From NCBI GenBank assembly GCA_934101185.1, contig CAKOQD010000001.1:25681-89680 (forward strand): a stretch of DNA of 64,000 nt. Direction: 5' to 3'. This document shows positions 18,703 to 28,012 of the stretch, piece after piece (the first letter of the stretch is position 1; every line of letters begins with the position of its first letter). This DNA is from an uncultured Bacilli bacterium. GTDB taxonomy: Bacteria; Bacillota_I; Bacilli_A; RF39; UBA660. The notes under the pieces are model-generated. The model was not told the origin of the DNA. It saw only the letters and a program-made list of their open reading frames with translations, and did not search any database. A program made the translations under genes and the position numbers.

Positions 18703-21093
18703 TTATCTCACAACTATGTTAACTATTCTATTTTTAATAACAATAACCTTAACTATTTCCTTATTATCAATATGTCTTTTTACATTTTCATCATTAAGAG
18801 CCATTTCCTTTATAGCATCTTCATCTAAATCTAAAGACACAGTAATTTCTCCCCTTACCTTACCATTTACTTGAACAGCAATCTTCTTAAATGAATCAAC
18901 AAGTAAAGTATCATCATAACTAGGCCAAACCTCATAAGCAATACTCTTATCATGACCCATTAAACTCCATAACTCTTCAGTAACATAAGGACATACTGGA
19001 TTAAGCAACTTAATAAATTCTAAGGCATACTTTCTAGGAAAAACATCTTCCTTATAAACAGCATTAATAAATATCATCATTTGACTAATCGCAGTATTAA
19101 AATTAAGAGTTTCATAATCATTAGTAACCTTCTTAACAGTCTCATTATATATTCTATCTAAATTAGAATTATCTATATCCTTAATCTTATCACTTTCAGT
19201 ATATAAACGATAAACCCTTTCAATAAACTTTCTAGCACCAATAACACCAGTACTACTCCATGGCTTATCAGCTTCTAAAGGTCCCATAAACATTTCATAA
19301 AGACGCAAAGTATCAGCACCATACTCTCTTACTATATCATTAGGATTAATTGCATATTCTGGATATCTCTTACCCATCTTAATACCATTTTCTCCCAAAA
19401 TCATACCTTGATGAACTAACTTCTTAAATGGTTCTTTTACAGGAACAAGTCCCTTATCATACAAGTAATTATTCCACATTCTAGAATAAAGTAAATGTCC
19501 AACAGCATGTTCTGGTCCTCCAACATAAAGATCAACAGGCATCCAATGCTTAAGAAGCTCAAAATTAGCAAAACAAGAATCATTATCAGAATCAATATAT
19601 CTTAAAAAATACCAACTAGACCCAGCAGATCCTGGCATAGTAGAAGTCTCTCTCTTAGCATTTTTACCATTATAAACTATATTAACCCAAGAAGAAGCAG
19701 AATCAAGTGGAGCCTTACCATTCTTAGCCTTATAATCCTCCAGTTCTGGTAACACCAAAGGAAGTTCATCATCCTTTAAAGCACAACTACTACCATCTTC
19801 AAAATGAACAATAGGAATAGGTTCCCCCCAATATCTTTGACGTGCAAAAATCCAGTCCCTTAAACGATAATTAATCTTCTTACATCCAAGATTTTCACTC
19901 TCTAAATAAGAAATCATCTTATTAATTGCATCCTCTTTATTAAGACCATCCAAAAATCCTGAATTAATATGTACTCCATCTCCTGTATAAGCACTAGTAC
20001 TAATATCTCCACCCTCAATAACAGGAATAATATCAATACCAAACTTCTTAGCAAACAAATAATCCCTTTCATCATGTGCAGGAACAGCCATAATAGCACC
20101 AGTTCCATAAGTAACCAAAACATAATCACTTATCCAAATAGGAATTAATTTATTATTAACAGGATTAATAGCATAACTACCAGTAAATACACCAGTCTTA
20201 TCCTTATTTAACTCAGTTCTTTCAAGATCAGACTTTAAAGAACATTCCTTCTTATAGCAATCAACACTATCTCTATATTCATCTGTAACAATCTTATCAA
20301 CAAGCTCATGCTCAGGAGCAAGAACACAATAAGTAGCACCATATAAAGTATCACACCTAGTAGTAAACACAGTAAACTTATAATCACTATCACTAACTTT
20401 AAAATCTACCAAAGCCCCAACACTCTTACCTATCCAATTTCTTTGCATTTCCTTAGTAGAACTAGGCCAATCAACCTCATCAAGTCCATTAAGCAACTTC
20501 TCAGCATAAGAAGGCATATCAATAACCCATTGTTTCATATTCTTTCTAACAACAGGATACCCTCCTCTTTCACTCTTACCATCAATAACCTCATCATTAG
20601 CAAGAACAGTACCAAGTTCCTCACACCAATTAACAGGCATATCCACATACTTAGCAAGACCATCTTCATACATCCTTTTAAATATCCATTGAGTCCATTT
20701 ATAAAACTTAGGATCATGAGTAGACACACACTTACTCCAGTCAAAAGAAAAACCTAAAGACTTCAACTGTTCCATAAAAGTCTTTATATTAGCATCGGTA
20801 AACCCATTAGGATTCTTCCCAGTCTTAATAGCAAACTGTTCAGCAGGCAATCCAAAAGAATCAAACCCCATTGGATGTAAAACATTATAACCTTGCATTC
20901 TCTTCATACGAGAAACAATATCAGTCGCAGTATACCCCTCAGGATGCCCTGCATGAAGACCTACTCCTGATGGATATGGAAACATATCAAGCGCATAAAA
21001 CTTAGGCTTAGAAAAATCCCATACATCAGTCTTAAAAGTATCATTATCTTCCCAATACTTTCTCCATTTTTTTTCTATTTCACTATGATTCAT
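18703..21093 (-). CDS. leuS: leucine--tRNA ligase
   Basis: 796 aa. '[18 protein letters not shown]' is the HIGH region, and the CP1 editing domain and a 'KMGKR'-type KMSKS region are present. Confidence 0.95.
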   Translation of the reverse strand: MNHSEIEKKWRKYWEDNDTFKTDVWDFSKPKFYALDMFPYPSGVGLHAGHPEGYTATDIVSRMKRMQGYNVLHPMGFDSFGLPAEQFAIKTGKNPNGFTDANIKTFMEQLKSLGFSFDWSKCVSTHDPKFYKWTQWIFKRMYEDGLAKYVDMPVNWCEELGTVLANDEVIDGKSERGGYPVVRKNMKQWVIDMPSYAEKLLNGLDEVDWPSSTKEMQRNWIGKSVGALVDFKVSDSDYKFTVFTTRCDTLYGATYCVLAPEHELVDKIVTDEYRDSVDCYKKECSLKSDLERTELNKDKTGVFTGSYAINPVNNKLIPIWISDYVLVTYGTGAIMAVPAHDERDYLFAKKFGIDIIPVIEGGDISTSAYTGDGVHINSGFLDGLNKEDAINKMISYLESENLGCKKINYRLRDWIFARQRYWGEPIPIVHFEDGSSCALKDDELPLVLPELEDYKAKNGKAPLDSASSWVNIVYNGKNAKRETSTMPGSAGSSWYFLRYIDSDNDSCFANFELLKHWMPVDLYVGGPEHAVGHLLYSRMWNNYLYDKGLVPVKEPFKKLVHQGMILGENGIKMGKRYPEYAINPNDIVREYGADTLRLYEMFMGPLEADKPWSSTGVIGARKFIERVYRLYTESDKIKDIDNSNLDRIYNETVKKVTNDYETLNFNTAISQMMIFINAVYKEDVFPRKYALEFIKLLNPVCPYVTEELWSLMGHDKSIAYEVWPSYDDTLLVDSFKKIAVQVNGKVRGEITVSLDLDEDAIKEMALNDENVKRHIDNKEIVKVIVIKNRIVNIVVR

Positions 21094-21439
21094 TCTTAAT
21101 CAATCCCTTCTTTTTATAATAAAATCCTAATAATTTGTAACTTATAATTAAAAGAAACAACACACAAGGAATAGCAACTGCTATTTTAACTATAATAGAT
21201 GAAAACAACTCAGTAATAAGCAACATAATACCAGTATCACAAGCAATTATAACAATAAGCTTTTTCATAATACTATTATAAGATTCCTTCCTAGTATCAA
21301 CATTATACATATTTAAAAATAACTTTAACTCAACAGGCAAACCCCTCTTAGTAATCTTTTTAACCTTTCTTAACTCTATTAAATAATAATAAAACATAAC
21401 AAGTATAAAAGTTATAATAAATAAACACACATATCTCAT
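21083..21439 (-). CDS. small membrane protein, unknown function
   Basis: 118 aa with 3 hydrophobic helices; overlaps the leuS start by 11 nt. Confidence 0.4.
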   Translation of the reverse strand: MRYVCLFIITFILVMFYYYLIELRKVKKITKRGLPVELKLFLNMYNVDTRKESYNSIMKKLIVIIACDTGIMLLITELFSSIIVKIAVAIPCVLFLLIISYKLLGFYYKKKGLIKNES

Positions 21440-21631
21440 ATAAAAACCTCCATATAACTAAACTAAACCTATTATAACACCAAACAAGTACTTTTAACAA
21501 TAGTAAAATAAAACCATTACAAACTTCTAAGCATTAAACATTTCATTCTTTTTTATAGCTATATTTTCACCAAAATATTGCATTAATCACATTTTTCCAT
21601 ACATTTTACAACTATTTTTACACATTTTTCC

Positions 21632-21658
21632 AAAACAAAACCTACCATAAAGGTAGGT
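21632..21658 (-). terminator. intrinsic terminator after tex
   Basis: ACCTACC / GGTAGGT stem with a 5-nt loop, followed on the minus strand by TTTTGTTTTGG. Confidence 0.6.
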
Positions 21659-21734
21659 AAAATATTATAATTATTTCTAATTCTAATTCAACTGAACAAT
21701 TTTTAAAAAATAAGAAAATTGTTCACTAAAAACA

Positions 21735-23867
21735 TTACTTCTTCAAAGTAAGAGCAACCTTATTCTTATCCTTAAACACCTCTAAAACATAACAATCAAT
21801 TATATCTCCAACACTAACCACATCACTAGGATGCTTAATATAACCATCACTAAGCTCTGATATATGAATTAACCCATCATTCTTAAGACCAATATCAACA
21901 AAACAACCAAAATCCACTACATTCCTAACAGTACCTTGAAGCTTCATACCAACACTAAGATCATCAATCTTTAAAATATCACTTTTCAAAACTGGTTTAA
22001 CAAGCTCATCCCTAGGATCAAGAAGAGGTTTTTTTAAATTATCAATTATATCAAGCAAAGTATATTCATCAACAAAATCTATACTAGATTTATCAAAACC
22101 ATCTAAAACACTATTAAAAGACTCTTTTCCTATATCAGAAATACTAAGTCCTAAAACATCAAGAAGTTTATAAACAACATCATAACTCTCAGGATGAATA
22201 TTAGTCCTATCAAGAGGATTATCCCCATCATTAATCCTAATAAAACCAATCGCCTGCTCATAAACCTTATCACTAATACCCTTAATCCTTTTTAAATCAT
22301 TTCTATTATTAAACTTACCAAGTCTATCTCTTTCATCAAGTATACAAGAAATACTTTTTTTATTAAGACCAGAAACATAAGAAAGAATCGAAGCACTACA
22401 AGTATTAGCATTAACTCCTACAGCATTCACAACACTAGAAACAGTAAAATCAAGAGCTTCACTAAGTTCTTTTTGCTTAACATCATGTTGATACAAACCA
22501 ACCCCAATACTCTTAGGATCAATCTTAACAAGCTCAGACAACGGATCTTGAAGCCTTCTTCCTATTGAAATAGCACTACGCTCTGAAACATCAAGCAAAG
22601 GAAACTCACTCTTAGCAAGACTACTAGCAGAATAAACAGAAGCACCTGCCTCATTTACAATAATATACTTACAATTACTATTACTACTTTTTAAAACATC
22701 CACTATAAAAGATTCACTCTCACGAGATGCTGTACCATTTCCAATAGCAATAACATCAATACTATACTTATCAATCAAAGAAAGAACTATTTCTTTACTT
22801 TCTTCATACAAACACTTAGGTTCATGAGGATAAATAACACTAATATCCAAAACCTTTCCAGTACAATCCAAAACTGCTAACTTACAACCAGTACGAAAAG
22901 CAGGATCAAAACCCATTACATTAATACCCTTCATCGGCGGAGTCATAAGTAAACTCTTCAAATTACTAGAAAAATTATCAATTGCACTAACACTAGCCCT
23001 ATCAGTAAGTTCACTCCTTATCTCACGCTCAATACTAGGAAATATTAATCTTTTATAACTATCCTGTATACAAGATAAAACAAAAGAATAAACAAAAGAA
23101 GATTTATTCTTTATAACCTTATCATTAAGATAAGACAAAACATTATCTTTTAAATTATCTATACTAACACTAAGAATACCTTCCTTTTCTCCACGATTAA
23201 GAGCAAGAATACGATGAGGTTTAATCTTAGAAATAGACTCACTATAATCATAATACATCTCATATAAAAGACCCTCATCAACACTATTCTTCTTTTTACT
23301 AGAACTAATAACACTATTTTTATATAAATAATTTCTAATATACTTACGATAATAACTATTAACACTAATATACTCAGAAATTATATATCCCGCTCCAGTA
23401 AGTTTTTCATCATATGAAGATACTTTACACTTATAATTATTAACAAGATCTTCTAAACTACCATTAATAGGAAAAGACAAAATCATCTTAGCAAGACCCT
23501 CTAAACCATTAGCAATAGCATCACTTGCCTTAGTCTTTTTTCTTTCTTTATATGGTAAATAAATATCTTCAACATCAACAAGCTTAGAACATGAAATAAT
23601 CTTTCTCTTAAGATCATCATTCATCATACCCTTCTCATCAATAAGACGAATAACATCCTCTTTTCTCTTCATTAAATTAACTTGGTACATATAAACATCA
23701 TTAATCTTCTTAATATCATCCTCATTCATATTACCAGTAACCTCTTTACGATATCTAGCTATAAAAGGTATAGTATTCCCATCACTAAGTAAAGATAAAA
23801 CATTACTAACTCTAGATACACTAATACCTAAATCATTACTCATTTCTTTTATAATTAAATCATTCAT
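21735..23867 (-). CDS. tex: Tex-like transcription accessory protein (YqgF/HhH/S1 domains)
   Basis: 710 aa. The N-terminus 'IPFIARYRKE' and the C-terminal S1 domain 'GMKLQGTVRNVVDFGCFVDIGLKNDGLIHISEL' match Tex. Confidence 0.9.
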   Translation of the reverse strand: MNDLIIKEMSNDLGISVSRVSNVLSLLSDGNTIPFIARYRKEVTGNMNEDDIKKINDVYMYQVNLMKRKEDVIRLIDEKGMMNDDLKRKIISCSKLVDVEDIYLPYKERKKTKASDAIANGLEGLAKMILSFPINGSLEDLVNNYKCKVSSYDEKLTGAGYIISEYISVNSYYRKYIRNYLYKNSVISSSKKKNSVDEGLLYEMYYDYSESISKIKPHRILALNRGEKEGILSVSIDNLKDNVLSYLNDKVIKNKSSFVYSFVLSCIQDSYKRLIFPSIEREIRSELTDRASVSAIDNFSSNLKSLLMTPPMKGINVMGFDPAFRTGCKLAVLDCTGKVLDISVIYPHEPKCLYEESKEIVLSLIDKYSIDVIAIGNGTASRESESFIVDVLKSSNSNCKYIIVNEAGASVYSASSLAKSEFPLLDVSERSAISIGRRLQDPLSELVKIDPKSIGVGLYQHDVKQKELSEALDFTVSSVVNAVGVNANTCSASILSYVSGLNKKSISCILDERDRLGKFNNRNDLKRIKGISDKVYEQAIGFIRINDGDNPLDRTNIHPESYDVVYKLLDVLGLSISDIGKESFNSVLDGFDKSSIDFVDEYTLLDIIDNLKKPLLDPRDELVKPVLKSDILKIDDLSVGMKLQGTVRNVVDFGCFVDIGLKNDGLIHISELSDGYIKHPSDVVSVGDIIDCYVLEVFKDKNKVALTLKK

Positions 23868-23940
23868 ATCATTAACCTCCGAAAAGATTATACAATAAAA
23901 AAAGAAAAAAAAGCAATAATAAATATATAAGTTATATTAC

Positions 23941-24013
23941 TTAGTGAACGGATGTGAACGGTACTGAACGCTAGTGAACGGTACTGAACGCTAGTGAACG
24001 GTACTGAACGCTA
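23941..24013. repeat. phased tandem repeat: TGAACG x7 at exact 10-bp spacing (20-bp unit GTGAACGGTACTGAACGCTA x3)
   Basis: Read directly from the sequence: TGAACG ends every printed 10-nt block from 23941 to 24010. The array is GC-richer than its flanks and lies about 75 nt upstream of the tex start. Confidence 0.9.
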
Positions 24014-24096
24014 GTAACTAACCACCTTAAGAAGATCAAAGTATAATAAAAGAACTTAGTTTGGTGAAACACAAGTTCTTCTATATAAAATAACAC

Positions 24097-24367
24097 CTAT
24101 GAAATAACAATACTTTTTAACTCATTATACTTTTCAATTAAAGTATCTCTATAATCAATCTTACCAATATTACTTTCATATTCTTTAATTCATTCATCAT
24201 ATAATCCATAATCTTCTAAAATAAAATATATTCTTTAACTTCATCAAATCTTTCATAATAATTATCTTTAAAATATTTAATACCTTTATCTATATCTTTA
24301 TTAATAAAACATAAATCAACAATACATAAAATACAATCTTTAATATTTTCATTTTTATAATAAGAAT
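24097..24367 (-). pseudogene. degraded coding remnant (frameshift plus in-frame TGA), unknown family
   Basis: Minus-strand translation gives DSYYKNENIKDCILCIVDLCFINKDIDKGIKYFKDNYYERFDEVKEYILF, then a frameshift, then LEDYGLYDE-TGA-IKEYESNIGKIDYRDTLIEKYNELKSIVIS. Confidence 0.3.
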
Positions 24368-24991
24368 CTAAATCACTTTTAATATTTCCTTTAAATATAA
24401 TAATATTGCAAAATCAGAAAAATCAGAAGTTACTCTTTTTCTTTTTGATATTATAACCGGATCAAATGTCCCTTTCCTATCTCTTGGCATATCTATTGTT
24501 ATTTCTCCTGAACTTGTTTTTATTTTCTTTCCTTTTGATGAATGTCCATTTTTCTTATTCGTTATTTCTTCTTTTGTTTCTAATGTATACAATCTTTTTA
24601 TCTCTTCAGGCATTTTATTTTTATATGTATCTGCAAAATAAGGAAATGTTTTATCTATTAGTTTAAATAAATCTGGCATTACCTTTACTCCTTGAAAAGT
24701 CAATTGTGCCGCTCTTTTTCCTTTTTCTTCTCCAAGTGTTATATAAAGCACTTTTTCTGTTCCCCTTCTTGATATATTTTTAAATTGTTGCATCCAAAAG
24801 TCAGTATCATAATTTACATCTATACCATATGTTAAAAATCTTCTTTTACCTTCAATCGTTATTCCTATAAAAGTATACATGTCTCTTGTTCTAACCCTTC
24901 CTTCGACTTCAAGTTGTACTGGTGTCTTTATCGTATAAATCACCACATACATCCTATCTAACTCTCTATATTTTAGTTTCTTTAATTCCAT
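24368..24991 (-). pseudogene. scrambled or degenerate IS256-family transposase remnant
   Basis: Residues 1-140 resemble the central DDE region ('GRVRTRDMYTFIGITIEGKRRFLTYGI...FWMQQFKNISRRG'), but the Asp positions are not conserved. They are followed by an N-terminal-type block ('IDMPRDRKGTFDPVIISKRKR'). This order is impossible for an intact gene. The likely start is MELKK at 24991 after GGAGGGAGG. Confidence 0.55.
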
Positions 24992-25010
24992 TTTCTTTTC
25001 CTCCCTCCAT

Positions 25011-25043
25011 AAAAAAAACTTAATCATTTTTTAGATGATTAAG
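25011..25043 (-). terminator. intrinsic terminator after the 25119-27824 gene
   Basis: CTTAATCAT / ATGATTAAG 9-bp stem followed by T8 on the minus strand. One arm is duplicated at 25050-25060. Confidence 0.6.
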
Positions 25044-25071
25044 TTTTTTAGATGATTAAGTCTATTTTTTA

Positions 25072-25111
25072 ATTAATTAACCACGTCAGACACAGTTAAG
25101 TGAAAAGGGTC
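25072..25111. mobile_element. IS256-type terminal inverted-repeat copy abutting VR2
   Basis: The minus strand reads GACCCTTTTCACTTAACTGTGTCTGACGTGGTTAATTAATTAA. This is near-identical to the repeat at 15945-15905 and inverted relative to the one at 15424-15447. Confidence 0.55.
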
Positions 25112-25118
25112 GACTTCG

Positions 25119-27824
25119 TCAGTCCAGAACACCAAGCACGGCACGAGCAGAGTAGCTAGAGTCCGCGTGACCATCGAATCTGTCGTAGGAGAACGCGCCG
25201 GCTTTAGCACCACTGCCACAGACCCCACCACGGAAGAACCAAGGGGCGGAACGGCTAGGAAAGGCAACGTAATCTCCATACCATGAAGTAAAGTCAGATG
25301 AAACTGGAGCCATTTCTTTCGTTGCATCTCCTAGTTTTCCTCTTGTATATTCTGTATCTCTTGTTCCATAACTATATTTATCATAATATCTCTTACTTGG
25401 GAATGCATATGTCCCTGTAAATGATGTATTATCATTTCCTAAGTATCCAGTAAATGCTGAGTTATATCTACTATCTGTTGAATCACCACTCATTTGTTGT
25501 CCATTACTCCATACCATGTTACCCATCATATATTCAAGTGCTCCACCATTCATGTCATATACTCCATATACATTTCCTGTAGTACTTGCACTTTGTCCTA
25601 ATGTTGTTGTATATGAATTGCATGTTGCACCACTACTTGTTGAACCTGCACTTTGTGGTCCACATCCTGTTGTAAGTGTATTTGCACTATTTATTGCTAC
25701 TTCTTTATTTATTCCATATTTACTATGTGATAAATATGTTACTGCTCCCCATTCCATATTCTTCATCATATGTGTTTCATCAGTTGTTGCAAACCCATAT
25801 TGGTTTCCTGTTGCACTCATCTTTTGTATTCCATTAAAGAATGTTCCTACTTGTGCTCCTGTCCATGATGTTACATTTGGTTTTATTAATGGTCTTATTG
25901 TTTGTAAGTTACATCTTGAACCTACTGCTACATCATTTGATGCTGTACAACTAGTATCGCTTGATACTTCAAACTTACCTACCCAGATTCCTGTTAATTC
26001 TTCTCCGGTTTCTCTTACGTTGTTATCATTCTTATCCCACCAGAATGCTGGATGGGTATAAGTAGAAGTTCCTGCAACTAATCCATTATTTGTTGCATCA
26101 GTACATGTTTCACTTGTACTTGATGTTCCAGTAACATTATCAGTACATTTTATTGTACCAGTACTTTCTGTACCTTTTTCAAACTTAATCTTTATTTCTT
26201 GTGGTGTATTTGTATTTAAATATGTATAAGTATATCTTGGTACCCATACCCACATTGTATTAATTGCATCCATTGATATTTCAGTACCAACTTTTGAATT
26301 AATTAAATCATTACGTGTTACGGTCTTACTTTTATACTCATCAACCTTTGTAATACTACTAGAAGCAGTAACTATTTTATAAGGTGTAGTACAAGACAAA
26401 TCAGAACCAGTAGGACAAACAAACTTACCTACCAAAGAACTAGATACAGAAGACAAACTAATATTTTTAAGATCATATTTACTTGTAGAACTATTATAAG
26501 AAATAGAACTTCCTACTAAAACACCAGTACCACCAGTAATTGCTCCACTAGCAGTCCAATCTTGTCCAGAAGTACCACCAGCAGTAGCACTATCAGTAAA
26601 AGTAACAACACTATTCGCAGGATACGTAAATGTATCTAAAATAGCATTATCATTATAAGTATTACCACTACCATCTTTAGTATATTGAGCAGTTATAACA
26701 TAAACATCTCCAACTGCTGCAGCATCAGAATAAGTTTTACTAACATTATTACCACTTATTGCATTCGCAACAGTAGTAGCACTACCACTATTTTTACTAA
26801 CAGTAACAGTTAATTTATCCCAATTAGCTTCACTTGAAACAGTAGCCTTAAATCCAAAAGTACCAGCAGTCTTAATATTAACAGTTATCTTAGTATAACT
26901 CTTAGCATTATCAATATTATAACCCCCACTAGTAAAAGTAGAAGGAGGAACTGAAGCAATAGTTTTATTAGAAATAGAAACACTCTTATTCTTTGTAATA
27001 TCATCAGCTCTACTTGAAGAAACAACAGTTACTGCATTAGCCCACATCTTGTTATCATAATCATACCATTTATTAGCTTCTTTAGCATTATTACTATCAG
27101 CTTTCTTCCAACTATCACTAGTACTATCATAATAAACTGGTATCATATTTGATGTAAGTTCTGGTGCATTTGCTCCACTTGTATCTAATTTGCCTTCAGT
27201 AGTTTGCTCACTATATAATTGAATCTTATAACTCATTATAGTATTTTTATTTTTAACATTATAACTATTCGGAGTATCATAATCCAACCATAATTTCAAT
27301 TTATAAGAACTACTAGCAGACCTCTCTAATAAACCAGAATCAAGAATTATATTACCATCACTATCAACTTTTACAACTTTAAAATCTTCTCCATCTTTAC
27401 TTATACCAGCTTTAACATATTGAGCAGGAATACAAACATCAGCATTAACCGAAGAATCTCCTACTGTATAAGAATTACCAACAGTACAACTATTAATAAG
27501 AGACAATTTATATTTAGCATTAATACTACCAGTATTCTTTAATGTAAAATCATAAGTAGTACTATCACTAAGAGCCACATCATCCGGAGTAGGAATAGCA
27601 TTATTAACACTAATAACTGGAGTAGTATTTTCTAATGTTATTACCAAACTACCTGCACTAATAGTATTAATAGACTGAGTATAAACACTTTTAAATATAA
27701 AAGCATAAGATCCTCCGACAAATATAAATAATATAGAAATAATACCCAATAAGAAACTAATCTTAACACCAGGATTATCCTTATATTTTACCTTTAACTT
27801 ATCAAACTTATTAAAAAAATTCAT
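25119..27824 (-). CDS. secreted protein with TasA-type N-terminus, central insert and FGE/C-type-lectin-like C-terminal domain carrying VR2 (DGR target-like)
   Basis: 901 aa; paralog of 15949-18603, sharing 'KWYDYDNKMWANAVTV', 'NTMWVWVPRYTYTYLNTNTP' and 'GNVYGVYDMNGGALEYMMGN'. Confidence 0.8.
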   Translation of the reverse strand: MNFFNKFDKLKVKYKDNPGVKISFLLGIISILFIFVGGSYAFIFKSVYTQSINTISAGSLVITLENTTPVISVNNAIPTPDDVALSDSTTYDFTLKNTGSINAKYKLSLINSCTVGNSYTVGDSSVNADVCIPAQYVKAGISKDGEDFKVVKVDSDGNIILDSGLLERSASSSYKLKLWLDYDTPNSYNVKNKNTIMSYKIQLYSEQTTEGKLDTSGANAPELTSNMIPVYYDSTSDSWKKADSNNAKEANKWYDYDNKMWANAVTVVSSSRADDITKNKSVSISNKTIASVPPSTFTSGGYNIDNAKSYTKITVNIKTAGTFGFKATVSSEANWDKLTVTVSKNSGSATTVANAISGNNVSKTYSDAAAVGDVYVITAQYTKDGSGNTYNDNAILDTFTYPANSVVTFTDSATAGGTSGQDWTASGAITGGTGVLVGSSISYNSSTSKYDLKNISLSSVSSSLVGKFVCPTGSDLSCTTPYKIVTASSSITKVDEYKSKTVTRNDLINSKVGTEISMDAINTMWVWVPRYTYTYLNTNTPQEIKIKFEKGTESTGTIKCTDNVTGTSSTSETCTDATNNGLVAGTSTYTHPAFWWDKNDNNVRETGEELTGIWVGKFEVSSDTSCTASNDVAVGSRCNLQTIRPLIKPNVTSWTGAQVGTFFNGIQKMSATGNQYGFATTDETHMMKNMEWGAVTYLSHSKYGINKEVAINSANTLTTGCGPQSAGSTSSGATCNSYTTTLGQSASTTGNVYGVYDMNGGALEYMMGNMVWSNGQQMSGDSTDSRYNSAFTGYLGNDNTSFTGTYAFPSKRYYDKYSYGTRDTEYTRGKLGDATKEMAPVSSDFTSWYGDYVAFPSRSAPWFFRGGVCGSGAKAGAFSYDRFDGHADSSYSARAVLGVLD
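25122..25283 (-). other. DGR-type variable region VR2 (3' end of 25119-27824)
   Basis: GC-rich patch encoding WYGDYVAFPSRSAPWFFRGGVCGSGAKAGAFSYDRFDGHADSSYSARAVLGVLD. It keeps the same invariant skeleton (W, PW, RGG, GA.AGAF, SARAV) as VR1 and VR3. Confidence 0.65.
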
Positions 27825-27923
27825 AAATAAGCACCTCTTTATATAATAAAATATTAAATATAATATATCATAATAAAATATACTTTATCTAAAAATATAT
27901 CTTATTAAAATAATTATATACAC

Positions 27924-27949
27924 CTAGCAAAGCAAAAAAGCTTTGCTAG
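27924..27949 (-). terminator. 10-bp perfect hairpin downstream of 28013-29494 (possible terminator)
   Basis: CTAGCAAAGC-AAAAAA-GCTTTGCTAG. The T/A tract is in the loop rather than trailing the stem, so the form is non-canonical. Confidence 0.35.
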
Positions 27950-28012
27950 ACTCTATAACTAATTTTCTACTGCTCGCCGCAAGATTTTACCTTGCAGGCT
28001 CGCTCATGTTAC

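Noticed and set aside
21440-21734. A T-box riboswitch leader upstream of leuS.
   Set aside because: I could not find the conserved T-box sequence, a specifier-loop architecture or a terminator/antiterminator pair. The region contains the tex terminator hairpins and an extended -10-like promoter (TGTTATAAT) instead.
23941-24013. A CRISPR array.
   Set aside because: The units are contiguous 10/20-bp repeats with no spacers, the total length is about 70 nt, and no cas genes are present in the window.
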